From assembly GCA_964016885.1 (NCBI GenBank), contig OZ024759.1, positions 36,208,001 to 36,272,000 on the forward strand: a DNA stretch of 64,000 bases, written 5' to 3'. Source of the stretch: Eledone cirrhosa. Its lineage: Eukaryota. Shown here one piece after another: positions 20,341 through 36,162 of the stretch (positions are counted from its first letter, which is position 1; every line of letters begins with the position of its first letter). Made by a program: the position numbers and the translations under genes. The notes beneath the pieces are model-generated. The model did no database searches and was not told the DNA's origin. It was given only the letters and a program-made list of their open reading frames with translations.

Positions 20341-21113
20341 TGTGTATATGTGTGAGAGAGAGAGAGAGAGTTCCGGGTTCAATCGGGGGGTAACCACAGT
20401 TAGTAAGGTACTCAATACATTAGCAGAGTGTGAACGATTTCTTTTGAATGAAACAGTTCCGATCCTGTAGAAGACACTTCTATATTAAACACATTATTTT
20501 CATCCTTACGGGGTCGATAAAATAAAGTACCAGTAATGCACTGGAATAATTGCTGGCCTTGTGCCAAAAGTAGAAGCAATTATATATATATATATATGTA
20601 TGTATGTATGAGTTTAGTGACCCCCACCTGATTTCGTTTCCTTATAACTGTTTTAATAATACTTATATTGCAGAGATACGTTTTCAGATGTCATATATAT
20701 ATATATATATATAAAATTATATTATTAAATTATTTCCGTTACCTTTTAATAAGAGCCGAACAGAATGTAAACGCGAAACTGAACAGACACGCGAGACCGT
20801 CCGCCAGACGGCGCTATAGTATACTACAGCTGACGACCGCCTTCGTAAAACCCGATTGACAGCAGCCCCGCCTGGCGAAAGAGGCCCATGAGGTGGGGTG
20901 GCTGTTGCAGCAGGTGTCGCTGGCCATTGTCGGTGGGGTGCAGCCGAAATACCACTCTGACCTAGGTGTAGAGTCTGTCCCCTTCTTTAGGTACCTAATA
21001 GTTCTTCCCCACCCTTTTTCCTCTCATTTATGGCATTTATAGTGCTTTCCACTACTGTACATTTCAATGAACAACATTCCATATTTGTCAAGTAAATGAC
21101 TATTGATAACCTG

Positions 21114-21167
<54 letters not shown>

Positions 21168-21170
<3 letters not shown>

Positions 21171-21323
21171 ATCAAAAGATGCTTAAAGGAGTTCCATGTA
21201 TTTTATTATGCGCATTTCAAAAACAAATATCATCATGGGATGATATTTGCGTTCTGATCAGATAAAATAGGGAGACATGATATGAAGCTTAAAAAAACAC
21301 TTGCAAGCAGTGAAGTGTTAAAT

Positions 21324-21330
<7 letters not shown>
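21168..21330 (-). mobile_element. Hammerhead-bearing repeat in (TA)n, core mutated (CTGATCA)
   Basis: Reverse-complement homologue of 34687-34846; another copy at ~33345-33530 has CTGATAA. Confidence 0.7.
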
Positions 21331-21383
<53 letters not shown>

Positions 21384-21717
21384 GGTGTCCCCCAGAAATG
21401 TATACATACTTTGATTACATGTACAGGCAATATTTATTAGAATGCTGTTGAATGATGATGATGATGATGATGATGATATATATACATATATATATACAGA
21501 GAGAGAGAGAGAGAGAATAACGAAGTGATACTTAAAACATAAAATTATGTTTTAAGGGTTATTCTCTCTCTATTAATAAATTTTTAGATCTGCAGCCCGT
21601 AGCCCAACAGACTACAACAGAATCTCCAATGGCTGAGAAAGTCCTCAGCTGATTTTGAATTACTGCTGTATCATAGAAACTGGACAGTATAGAGCTTCTC
21701 CAATATTACCATATATA

Positions 21718-21988
21718 CTGTAAAGTGGTCGTGATGGTGTCACAGCAAAAAAGCACCTTGCCCACACTGTAAAGTGGTCGTGGAGATGTCACAACAAAAA
21801 GCACCCAGCACTCACTGTAAATGAGGTTGGTGTTAGGAAGGGCATCCAGCTGTAGAAATCAAGCTAGAATCAGTTCCCGCATGAGCAAGACAAGATTACC
21901 CGACCTGGCACTGCCCACAACAGGACAACCAGTCTAACCCATGTTAGTGTGGAAGAATGGATGTAAAACGGTGATGATGATGATGATA
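21718..21988 (+). mobile_element. SINE/RTE-related 3' tail repeat
   Basis: cactgtaaagtggt...ggtgttaggaagggcatccagctgtagaaa...aacccatg...gatgatgatg. Copies at ~29858-30050(-), 30880-31160(-), 37325-37520(-), 41755-41955, 45360-45630, 46830-47000(-). Confidence 0.7.
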
Positions 21989-22269
21989 TACTGTAAATGT
22001 GGTCGGTGTTAGGAAGGGCATCCAGCTGTAAAATACGATATGGCCAACTCTGGTCAGACTTGTCTCCCGGCCTGGTCTAACCTATCTACCGTCTTCTACT
22101 GTCTTATGAGAGGCCTGAGTGGCTAATAAAGAAAACACTACTACTACTGCTACTGTTGCTGCTGTCGCTACTGCTGTTAGTTTCATTTGCAGAGAGTGAT
22201 CTCCCCTGCTTTATATCGTCTCTCTCTCTCTCTCTTCCTCTCTCTCTCTCTCTCTCGTAATCCAGCGCA

Positions 22270-22792
22270 AGTAGTAGTAGTAGTAGTAGCAGCAGCAGTA
22301 CAGTAGTGGGTGTATACAACAGCAGCAACAAACACTGCACCAATAGCACCGCAGCAGCAGCAGCAACATCAGCAGTAAGAGAAGACACAACAGCAGCAAC
22401 AGCACGGCTGTAGTAATAGCAACAAGTGGTGCAGCAGCAGCCAGTAGTAGTAGTAGTGGTAGTGGTGGTGTCAGCTGCTATAAAGACAGCAGCAGCAGCA
22501 GTACTATTAACAACAGCAGTAATATCAACACCAGTAGTAGTAGTAGTAGTAACAATCAGCAACGACAGCAGCTGTAGTAGTAGTAGTAGTAGTAACACAG
22601 CAGCAACAGCAGTAGTAGTAGTAGTACAACAGTAGTAACAACAGCAGCAGTAACAGTAGCAGCTGCAGCAGTAACAGCAGTAGTAGTAGTACAACAGCAG
22701 CAGTAGCAGCTGCAGCAGTAACAACAGCAGCAGCAGCAGTAGTAACAGCAGCAGCACTAGCAGTAAGAGCAGTGACAACAACAACAAGAGCA
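22270..22792. repeat. (CAG/TAG/CAA)n cryptic trinucleotide repeat
   Basis: Direct inspection; multiple stops in the Gln-like frame. Confidence 0.9.
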
Positions 22793-23198
22793 AGATAAAG
22801 CTATAGTAAGCCGTTCCCTGATCAACAGTGAGGAAGCCGTGGTGAAGTTATTATTAAGATGGACAAACGGCTACAGTTATCATCGTTTGTCATATTGTTA
22901 ACACAGAAAAGACTACTTGTAAGGCTTTAGCAGTGAATATATATATTTAGGGGCTGCTTTAGAAAAAAGGCTTCATATATATATATATTAGGGGCTGCTT
23001 TAGAGAAAAAATAGGCTTGATAGAATAAAAAAGGAAGAAGATAGGAGAGATAATATACGTAATTACAAACTGAAAGAGGAAAACAAACGATAATAATATA
23101 CAATATATTATTATTAACTAGACAACCTTTCAATCTAACTGTACTTCGTATAAGGTAGGTAGATAAGCTATTATCTCTCTCTCTCTCTCTCCCTCTCC

Positions 23199-23274
<76 letters not shown>

Positions 23275-23867
23275 AAGAAGGTGTGGTAAGATACCAGGTG
23301 GACCAAAACGCACCAGAGTACTCGATGGTTAGAGTAGTAGAGTGGGTAATTGGAAAAAGAGTCAGGACCCCGACGGCTAAGCGCCGGCCGTTTCCACAGC
23401 TAGATCCGAACTACTGGCTCAATTCATATATATATATGTATATATATCATCATCATCATCATCATTTTACGTCCGCTTTTCCCTGCTTGCAGGGTGTATA
23501 TATATATATATATAACCAAGGAAATGTGGTAAGGAACCAGATGGACCAGAACGCACCAGAGTACTCAATACTTAGAGTAGTAGAGTGGAAAATAGGAAAA
23601 AGTATGACCCGGACGGCAGAGCTCAAATAGTCCTGAAATAGCCGTCGAAACGGCTTCAGCTCTGCCGTCGGGGTCCTACTTTTCCTATATAGACACACAT
23701 ATATATATTATTTATATATATGTGTGTCTATAGTAACATGTTTCACTTCACCTTCTGTTGTACCTGACGAGAAATTCGATTGATTTTTAATTTTTAATTA
23801 TCTTTTGATCGTATTTCCTATCAACTCTTATTGCTTCTGTTATGATTTAGAAAGTGAAAGTGAGCTA

Positions 23868-25260
<1,393 letters not shown>

Positions 25261-25442
25261 GTGTATGCTTGCACTTGTATGAAATGATGTATATACACGA
25301 CTGATGTATTCATAAATGCTTAAAGATTGGATACACCCACACATGTACATAAATATATACACACACATATATTATAGATCTTTCTCTGCCAATACCCTCC
25401 TCCTTCTCCCCTTTTTCTTTTTCTTCTTCATATATATATATA

Positions 25443-25511
<69 letters not shown>

Positions 25512-25854
25512 AGTTTAATATAGAAATGGCTTCTACAGTACTAGAACTGTTTCATTCAAAAGAAATCACCAGGAAAGTAGATGTGTGGGCTTTCCTGATG
25601 ATTACTTTTGAATGAAACAGTTCTAGTCCTGTAGAAGCCATTTCTATATTAAACTTGATGTTCAAGCTCTACTAATGTATTGAGTACCTTACTTATTGTG
25701 GTTACCATATATATATATATATATATAAAATTTAATATAGAAATGGTTTCTACAGGACTAGAACTGTTTCATTCAAAGGAAATCATTTGGAAAGCCAACT
25801 GTCATTTCCTTTGAATAAAATAGTTCTAGTCTTGTAGAAGCCATTTCTATATTA

Positions 25855-25919
<65 letters not shown>

Positions 25920-26191
25920 CATATGTGTATATATATACATATGTGTATATATATACATATGTGTATATATATCTATATTTATATCTATATGTGTATGTAT
26001 GTATGTGTGCTAGTTGCTGTAGATGTGTGGGTGTATATGGACGGGTAAATGTATAATTTATACACCTGCATTGAGTTATATTTATATTACAGCTGTATGT
26101 GTGTCTATTGCATAGCTGCATATCGATATCTTAGTTGGGACATATGGACATATGGCAATTGTCTTGTTCACTATAATGATAGATTTGTATA

Positions 26192-26300
<109 letters not shown>

Positions 26301-26508
26301 TCAATGATATTAAATAAATGGAAACTATATTTATAAAACCATATTTATTTTATTAGTTATTTAATAAAATAAATAGGGTTTTATAAATATAGTTTCCATT
26401 TATTTAATATCATTGAATATTATACTCCAGAAATCTGTCGAGTGCTCTAAATCAGTTATAAACATTTATATTTGTTGAATTACCAACAAATTAAATATGC
26501 CTTCTACT

Positions 26509-26539
<31 letters not shown>

Positions 26540-26667
26540 GTAATTATATATAGTGATAGATAGTTATATAATGATGAGGAGCTTAAATATATATATAATA
26601 ATATAATAATAATGAAAATTATTGTGTACAGTCATCAGGTGCATTAGTATGGAGTAGGAACTATATA

Positions 26668-26751
<84 letters not shown>

Positions 26752-26763
26752 CATCCATCATCA

Positions 26764-26801
<38 letters not shown>

Positions 26802-26833
26802 CATCATCATATTTATATATATCACCATCATCA

Positions 26834-26877
<44 letters not shown>

Positions 26878-26885
26878 CATCATCA

Positions 26886-26939
<54 letters not shown>

Positions 26940-26953
26940 CATCATCATATTTA

Positions 26954-26995
<42 letters not shown>

Positions 26996-27532
26996 GAATA
27001 TATATATATCACCATCATCATATTTATATTTATATATATCCATTCATTTTATTTAGGCTAAATTGTGGGTGTTACAATGGTGATGTTTCCACTATGAGAG
27101 GGTCATGAGACAAGAACTAACGTTTCAATAACAGGTCACAGTCTAAATAAAGGAAGACTGAAGGTGGAGGTAATTAAGATAAGGTGGAGAGGGTGATGGT
27201 GCCAGTGGGAGGGGGATTAGGTTGTGTGAACGATGATGATGATGGTATGTGATAATGAACATAGCTGTAAAATTTTAACTGGTCAGTGTGAGGCAGGTGA
27301 TGACTGTGATGGTGTAGAGGGGGGGGGGTAGGTTTGGCAGGATGAAGAGGTGGATGGAATATACATATGTATACAATTGTTACACATGTATGTACAAATA
27401 CATAAACATACATACACATATATACATGCTAAATATACATATGCAGGGGCTTACATATATGTAAATAAATATACATATATATATATATTATATCCTAGGG
27501 TCATCAGACAAGAACTAACGTTTCAATAGCAG

Positions 27533-27568
<36 letters not shown>

Positions 27569-27604
27569 TTTAACTTTGACCAGCTAATCTCATATTCCTA
27601 GTGA

Positions 27605-27722
27605 AGACGTGTGGCTGAGTGGTTAGTGAATTGGATTCGCAATCGTGAGGTTGTGAGTTCGATTCCTGGACCAGGAGATGCGATATGCCCTTGAGCAAGA
27701 CACTTTATTTCACGTTGCTCCT
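27605..27722 (+). mobile_element. tRNA-derived CORE-type SINE head
   Basis: gtggctgagtggttag (A box), gagttcgattcc (B box), ccttgagcaagacactttatttcac core. Other copies at ~18365-18625, 35507-35950, 47030-47172(-). Confidence 0.75.
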
Positions 27723-28195
27723 TCTACCTGGAGTTGCGACCGATAGATAGTACTAGCAACTGGAAAGACCAACGGAAACATTGTTTCCTCGGTCCGATTT
27801 GACGAAAGTCAATCAACAAAATATTTTAAAAAAATAATATATATATACAGAGATACACATACACACATATATACATATATATATACAAAGACCGACATAC
27901 ATTATGTATATATATACATCCATATGCAAGATGGTGTGCCATTATATGCACACTTACAACAGAGGTTCTAAATTCCTTCTCTGACCTTCTCACATTACTC
28001 TTACGTCTATCTCTTCTCTCCATATCCGACATTCCCTGAAGAAGGACTTCTGTCCGAAACATTGCAACACCCTCCACTTCCTCCAAGCGTGAACCTAATA
28101 TAACTATGTAAATTTGCTTCATTTCTTTTGTTTCTATCATTTATTAACTCTCTCTCTGTATATATATGTCTTTGGTTTGTCACTTGATTTAAATT

Positions 28196-29175
<980 letters not shown>

Positions 29176-29450
29176 TTAAAAGAAATATGTGTGTGTGTGT
29201 GTGTATTGTTATAGTTTGGTAGGGTCATGCTGCTAATAAAAACACATGTACCTGTTGGTTTTCACCTCAATTTATTATTATAAACTTCCAGTCAGTTAGT
29301 TTAATAACCATATGGTTGTTTAGTTGTTGATTGATATCAAAGCTCTTTCATCACACACTCTGTGACCTCCTCGGTGACTACTTTTGTTGTTATTTTGTGT
29401 CCCTCTTTTGTTTTGTCCTACACCATCTTGTTTTTACAAGATGGTGTAGG

Positions 29451-29685
29451 CCGGGCTGGATTTAATTTATTTGTGGTCCCCGCTGGGCTTTTTACTTTTA
29501 GGATGGTTAGAATTTTAGAATTTAATACCTGTATATATAACTTATCAATTCCAATTACTTGCACCAAGCTAACTTTAATATGTAAAATTGGGGAGGGGTT
29601 ACTGTGTATTCTAATTTTTTGGTGTATGAGGGATCCTCTAAACCTGAAGAACTCCGGACACCCCTAAAGTCTAAATCCAGCCGTG
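29451..29685. mobile_element. hAT-like MITE
   Basis: 14-bp imperfect TIRs ccgggctggattta / taaatccagccgtg, flanked by ggtgtagg / ggtgtaaa (possible decayed 8-bp TSD). Confidence 0.55.
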
Positions 29686-30280
29686 GGTGTAAAACAAGGT
29701 CTACATGACATTACTTTACCTGGATTTTCAGATGCTCTAATTGTTTTATGAGCAATGTGGCTGAATTTGCCTTAGTACAGCTGGTCTTAGATGTCATCAT
29801 AAAAGTCAGGAAGAGTATGTTGCTAATTATGGTCCCTTTGGCATTTCTTCCTGTCAGACATCATCATCATCATCCCCGTTTTACATCCAATTTTTCCACA
29901 CTAGTATGGGTTAGATGGATTGTCCTGTTGTGAGCAATGCTGATTTTGGCTTGGTTTCTACAGCTGGATGCCCTTCCTAACACCAACCTCATTTACAGTG
30001 AGTACTGGGTGCTTTTTACCATGTCACTATCATGACCACTTTACAATGCCAGAGATATATATATATATTTATATGGTAAACAATCTGCCTCGGCCAGTGG
30101 GCCCCAATGTCATTTGAAAACTCATCAAAACAAAACATTCAACCAAAGTGGATGTAATGTTTATCATTGCAGCATATACAGAAAGGGATGAAGATCTTTG
30201 GCAGGGCTAAAGAATCAAGTTTGTGCCACCCATGTATGAGAGGAGGATTATGTGGTGGCAGTTCTTGAAATCAAGATGCA

Positions 30281-30317
<37 letters not shown>

Positions 30318-30319
30318 GT

Positions 30320-30375
<56 letters not shown>

Positions 30376-30440
30376 ACTGTGCATACTGATTTCTCTATGT
30401 ACGACATGGTAACATATTTAAAACCTTTCCTACGTTTGTG

Positions 30441-30870
30441 ATGCAGGAAAATATCGAACAACTTTACGTGATCAAATTTTATATGAAACTCAACAACCAA
30501 AGCCTCTAATTCTTTAACACAAGCTTATGGAGATGACACTCTATTGGAAAGTAAGGTTTTTAAGTGGCACAAAGCTTTCAAAGAGGGCTAAGAAAATGTT
30601 GAATACAAATCTCATTCTAGAAGGCCAATGTTGTCAACTCATGGACAAAATGTCGAAGTGGTATAAGTGGTGATGGTGAAAGATCCCTGTTTAAGTATTA
30701 GTATGATTGCAGAAGAAACAGGCTTGGATAAAAATGTAGTTCACAGATTTTTAACATCATTTGCACATACAAAATATTTGTGCAAAACTTGTGCCCAAAC
30801 ACTTGTCCATGGAGCAAAAAGTGAACCAGCTGGAAATTGGTCAGGATTTGCGAGAAAGACTTGAAATTGG
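30441..30870 (+). pseudogene. Mariner transposase N-terminal relic
   Basis: MQENIEQLYVIKFYMKL...QAYGDDTL...VFKWHKAFKEG*ENVE...SISMIAEETGL...ICAKLVPKHLSMEQK with stops and frameshifts (HTH and WVPH-like linker). Confidence 0.88.
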
Positions 30871-31334
30871 GCCAAATTTCTAGCATGGATTAGACGGGTT
30901 GATCTGTTATAAGACAAATCAGATCAGATGATCGTGCCTTGCTCACACAACCATTTCAGGCTTGATTTTTACAGCTAGATGCCTCTCCTAATGCCAACCA
31001 CATTTACAGTGTAGACTGGGTGCCTTTTATCATGGCACCAAAACCACCACTTTACAGTGTGAACTGGGCGCTTTTTGTCGTGACAGCGAAAGGACCACTT
31101 TACAAGTTTGGCTGGGAGCTTTTGTCGTGTTGCCAACATGCCCACTTTACAGGGTGGGCTGGGAAATTATTGTCATGTTGTACTGGGGTGGGGTTGGAAA
31201 GGTAACGGGTGGAGTGGGTGTTGGAGAGGTAGGTCTGGGATGGGATGAGGAGCTAAGCTGGTGAGGGGTGGAGTATGGAAGGCTGTGTGTGTACGGGGGA
31301 GTGAGGTGGTGCATACTGTGAGAGGCACAATTGT

Positions 31335-32095
31335 GTGAGGTCGGTTTTTATCACCTCATCTCAAGCTTTGAGTGCCCTGCACCTTTTTATACAGCTGTCA
31401 TCCTTCGTATACATCACATGTCCATACCACCACAATCTCCTCTGCTGCACACTACATCTAATTCCTCTTATGTCCAGTTTCTCTCTCAGTTCATGCTTTG
31501 CCAATCATTACACATCCATTGGAGCATACAAGATTAATTTCTTTCTAATCTCCATAAGTCCTCTGTACACAGTGCCTCTGATTCACTTCCATTCAGTACT
31601 GCTGTTCATATACATGCATTATACAATGTCCTTCATTTTGAGGGAAAAACCTTTGTTGTTAGCAGTGGTAGTAGCTCCCTGAACTTTCTCCATCCCGTTC
31701 TCACTCTGGCTACTGTACTTTCGTAACACCCACTTCTACTGCTAATTTGGTCACCCAGATAACAGAAACTATCAACTACTTCTACTGAGCTTTCTGGGCA
31801 TTTAAAGAAGCTAGTATCCTGTGAGCTCTTGTTACTTTCTGCACCTGAGTATCACCCACATAAAATCTATGTTCTTTGCTAGCCTGCCTGAAGTCCCCCT
31901 AAATCTCTTGTGTACCTATAGTTTGCATTTGGGACATAGCATAGAATTTCTACCTACTCCTTTCCTGCACACTGAGCAATGCCATTTCTCTGTGGGAATC
32001 TGGGCCCTGTTTTCCTTTCTACATACTAGGACGTTTCATTCTAGGCCTTGCTTCCAGGTTTGGAATTTCTTCTCTAATTCTGCCATAGATTCAGG
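31335..32095 (-). mobile_element. RTE-clade LINE fragment (RT C-terminus/thumb), degenerate
   Basis: Minus strand SFCYLGDQISRSGCYESTVARVRTGWRKFRELLPLLTTKGFSL, then a WYGHVM-like remnant. Confidence 0.8.
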
Positions 32096-32344
32096 TTATC
32101 TCTATATCTCTCTATATATAAATAATAATAGTAATAATAAATATGAAGATAAGGATTGTGTATATGTGTATATATATATAAACCCATAGATCAAATATTT
32201 ATTATTAGTACAGATTAAAGTTTAAGCCAAGAATCACTGCTTTCACGCTATTATGGGATCTTTTGAAACAATATATGTATATATATTATATATTATATGT
32301 TATATATGTATTATGTATAAAATATATATATTATATCTTATTTT

Positions 32345-32595
32345 TCTTCTTCTTCACCCACTTATTCCTAAGAGGGTCTTGGGGGCAGAGTCCTCAAACA
32401 CTCCTTCCAGCAGGTCCTGTCAGAAGCAACTGTATCCAACTGATCTAGCTGGATCCCCAAGTGAGACCAGCCAAGCTCATGGATGTTATCCAACCAACTT
32501 GCTCGAGATCTACCCCTGGGTCTCCTGCCGGTTTTTTTTTTTGCCCGTAAAATCTGTCCAAAGATTCTTTCCTGAGACATTCTAACCACATGCCC
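32345..32595 (-). mobile_element. RTE-type LINE 3' end
   Basis: VVRMSQERI...TGRRPRGRSRASWLDNIHELGW, (GAA)n tail. Related pieces at ~43215-43330, 44535-44750, 57040-57100. Confidence 0.8.
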
Positions 32596-33218
32596 TTATA
32601 TTATATATCATATATATTTTTTTTCTTTAATAATGGTCGAGTGGACCATATTTTGAAGTGATGCTGCGATATTAAGCATTACTGCCAACCCCATCCATCC
32701 TGCCACTGTTGCTATCATTTGCTGACCGACTAGCAGTTAATGCCACATATGGGATACCAGCACTGATTTGAAAATTTAGTAGTAAGGCCAATTTTTGGAC
32801 ATCCCCTAGAGGACCGCTGGTTGATGAGAATTCCTTTGTCTGTAATTTGTTGGTTATGGATTTATTATTGATCGATGACCAGTAGATTCTCCATGGAATT
32901 TGAAACAATACTGTACAAGCTTAGATGTAGATTTTTGTACTCCGGCAGATTTTTGTGTGTTAAACTGTATACTTTAACGTTCTCATATGTTAATCTGTCA
33001 ATACAACAATTACACTGTTTTCATAGCTTAGGCTTCTGGCTGGGAATGTATTATAATTAATTCTATGCTTGTGCTCCAAATGAATTTGTTGAGTTGAAAG
33101 ATCCTTTGGGTGAAACATGTGTAATTTGTTGTGGAACTAACTCTATACCAAACTCTACCAACTATCGATATAACCTCCCAGTTTTTTACATATATATATT
33201 TATTATAAGAACAGCTTA

Positions 33219-33275
<57 letters not shown>

Positions 33276-34307
33276 CAAACACGTATATATATATACACAA
33301 ACACACGTTATATATATATATATATATACATATATATATAATATAAAATCAAAAGATGGTTAAAAGAGTTCCATGTATTTTATTATGCGCATTTCAAAAA
33401 CAAATATCATCATGGGATATTTGCGTTCTTATCAGATAAAATAGGGAGACATGATATGAAGCTTTAAAACACTTGCGAGCAGTGAAGTGTTAAATCAACA
33501 TATATTTATACTCCAGTCCTATAAACTGTTGAGTGTATATACATACATATATACATGTATACATACACACCCTGCTGGGCTAAAGTGAAAGTAAAAAAGT
33601 CAATACTGTTTCTTATCATATGTTCGTTCACACACTCACTCATACACACACACACATACATACACACACACAGATATACTTACACACACACACACTGATT
33701 TACCCAACCCTACAATCGTTTAATGAAAAACGTCCGGTAACAGTTCATTTTTACTTTAACTTTTATAAAAATTCGGCCCCTTTCTCTCCAATACGGTGTT
33801 TCTACTTTAGGTACCAGGCCAGCAATTTGAAGGGGGCAGAGGGGAAAGTCGATTAAATCGACCCTCAGTACGTTACTGGTACTTTATTTTATCGACCTCG
33901 TAAGGTTAGGATGAATGGCAAAGCTAACCTCGGTGGGATTTGAAATCAGAACGTAAAAGGTCGTAACTATATGCCGTAACAAAGCCTATTGTCCGACGCT
34001 CTACCGATTCTGTCTTCCAATATAAAGAAGGGGTTAAACTGTTGCTTGGGGGTGAAGGAGGTGTTCTTCTCTAAAGACCTTCTGCTGTCCACCTCTCCTG
34101 AGAGTATCTTACCACGGGAGTGAACGATGGAGTGAACGATGCTAATGAGAGAATGAGTGAAATGTTCGATCACATCATCGTCATCATTCATTGTGTTCAG
34201 TTTTAAAAACGTCAATCGATTTCGTTTACGCAAAACCTATTACGTGACGAGAATACTCCCACGTACATATATACATATATATGTATGTATGTATGTATAT
34301 ATATATG

Positions 34308-34367
<60 letters not shown>

Positions 34368-34371
<4 letters not shown>

Positions 34372-34440
34372 GTCCCAAAAAATGTATACACATTTATTAA
34401 AACGCTGCTGAAGTGTGTATACATTTTTTGGAACACCCTA
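34368..34440. mobile_element. Tc1/mariner-type MITE, short derivative
   Basis: ggtgtcccaaaaaatgtatacaca ... gtgtgtatacattttttggaacacc inverted ends in TA context. Confidence 0.7.
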
Positions 34441-34653
34441 TATATATATATGCCTCCCAGATGGGCATCAATATATATATATATTTAATATAGAAGAGCT
34501 TCTACAGGGCTAGAACTGTTTCATATATCTATACATATTTATTGATGCTCATCTGGGAGGCATCGATACCAAGTGATGTTCGATACTCAGAAGAGGATCG
34601 TATCTTCCTTGGTTTGTTCTTTTAGGTAGTTTACTGATAATGATGCTATTATG

Positions 34654-34691
<38 letters not shown>

Positions 34692-34744
34692 ATTTAACAC
34701 TTCACTGCTCGCAAGTGTTTTTTAAGCTTCATATCATGTCTCCC

Positions 34745-34815
34745 TATTTTATCTGATGAGAACGCAAATATCATCCCATGATGATATTTGTTTTTGAAAT
34801 GCGCATAATAAAATA
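34745..34815 (+). ncRNA. Type-I hammerhead ribozyme, apparently intact
   Basis: Stem I tattttat/ataaaata (8 bp), CTGATGA 34753-34759, 16-nt-arm stem II with CCAT loop, GAAA 34796-34799, palindromic ATGCGCAT stem III, AUA cleavage triplet. Confidence 0.85.
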
Positions 34816-34843
34816 CTTGGAACTCTTTTAACCATCTTTTGAT

Positions 34844-34898
<55 letters not shown>

Positions 34899-34904
34899 CA
34901 TTAA

Positions 34905-35505
34905 TTGTATTCACAGTTGTATAAATAACATTACAAACATAATGTCGTTGATAAACACAAATATAAACATATATATCAAATATAATTAACTATTACAAGG
35001 GACTTCACCAAAATATATGACCAGAGTGAGAGAGGGTGCTTGGCTGTTTCAGTGCCTTAGCCTCACCATCACCCGGCCTGACTGAAATGTCAGATGATGT
35101 CTCTGGTGAGGGTACCTGGCTGTTTCACACCTTAGCCTCGCCATACTGAGGTATCAGATGATGTCTCTGGTGAGGGTGCTTGGCTGTTTCACACCTTAGC
35201 CTCACCATCACCTTGCCTTACTGAGGTGCCAGGTGAGGGTGCCTGGCTGTTTCAGTACCTTAGCCTCGCCATCACCTGTGGTAATACTACCAGCGTATTG
35301 GCTTGCCTCAAAGTATTCCGTTGACCCTTATGATATGATATGGTGTGATGTGTGACCAATTGTCGCACTTGGTGGTGAATTGATGGTCGTTTTTGTTTTT
35401 GTCCCCCTACACACTTGTTTTCTTTCCCTCGCTGTGGTCTTATAGTTTGGTGTATTTGTGAGGTTCCTAGCAATAGTTAATCGTATTTGTTATATGTGTT
35501 TAGAT
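34905..35505. mobile_element. CRE-type retrotransposon 3' ends in divergent orientation with internal tandem duplications
   Basis: 35250-35334 encodes FQYLSLAITCGNTTSVLACLK (matches 3723-3800); caattgtcgcacttggtggtgaattg is shared with 3675-3700(-); 34950-35033 is an inverted diverged copy of 35428-35505. Confidence 0.7.
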
Positions 35506-35955
35506 ATGTAGTGGTTAAAGAATTGGGCTTGTAATCGGAAGGTTGTGAGTTCGATTCTCGGACCGGGTTATGCATTGTGTTCTTGAGCAAGACACTTTAT
35601 TTCCAGTTTACTTAGCTGTAGAAATGAGTTGCGACGTCACTGGTACCAAGCTGTATTGGCCATAGCCATTCCCTTGGACAACATCATAAGTAGTTTGGTG
35701 TATATATAGTCTAAATATAGTGTATATAAGGTGTATGTAGTGTATATATAGTAAATCTATAATATATATATATTGTGATGTCACTGGTGCCAAGATGTAT
35801 CGGCCGTAGCCTCTCCCTTGGACAACATCGGTGGCGTGGAGAGGAGAGACTGGTATACATGGGCGATTGGTGGTCTTCTCCAAACAACCTTGCCCGGACT
35901 TTCTAGGTGTAAATCATATGGTCATTCGTGACCGAAGGGAGTCTTTGCCCTGTAT

Positions 35956-36162
35956 ACAGAGTGTCCCAAAAAATGTATACACACATCAACAGAAAAAAAA
36001 AAATGCGTTAAAATAAATTGTTTTCTATGCATTATTTAAATGTAAATATTTTTGGGTGTTTACATACAATTGTCTGTAGATCATTTTATTTTTGAAAAAG
36101 GTTGAATAAATATTGCCTGTACAGGTAATCAAAGTGTGTATACATTTTGGGGGGACACTCTG
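35956..36162. mobile_element. Tc1/mariner-type MITE, TA-flanked
   Basis: TA-cagagtgtcccaaaaaatgtatacacac ... gtgtgtatacattttgggggacactctg-TA. Confidence 0.8.

Noticed and set aside
20820-20975. Hammerhead, HDV-like ribozyme or 28S rRNA fragment in the GC island
   Set aside because: CTGACGA and GAAA are present but stems I-III do not close; the HDV-like fold lacks the catalytic J4/2 C; the rRNA-like match (gaaataccact) is too short.
21589-21653. Possible + strand terminal exon (DLQPVAQQTTTESPMAEKVLS*) and possible first exon at ~22849-22919
   Set aside because: The order is incompatible with one gene and neither peptide is recognisable; insufficient support.
22104-22793. Poly-Leu / poly-Gln-like ORFs
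   Set aside because: CAG/TAG trinucleotide mosaic with stops in the Gln frame; no splice or homology support.
27605-27680. tRNA gene-like sequence
   Set aside because: A/B boxes run directly into a SINE core and there is no proper acceptor stem; it is a SINE head.
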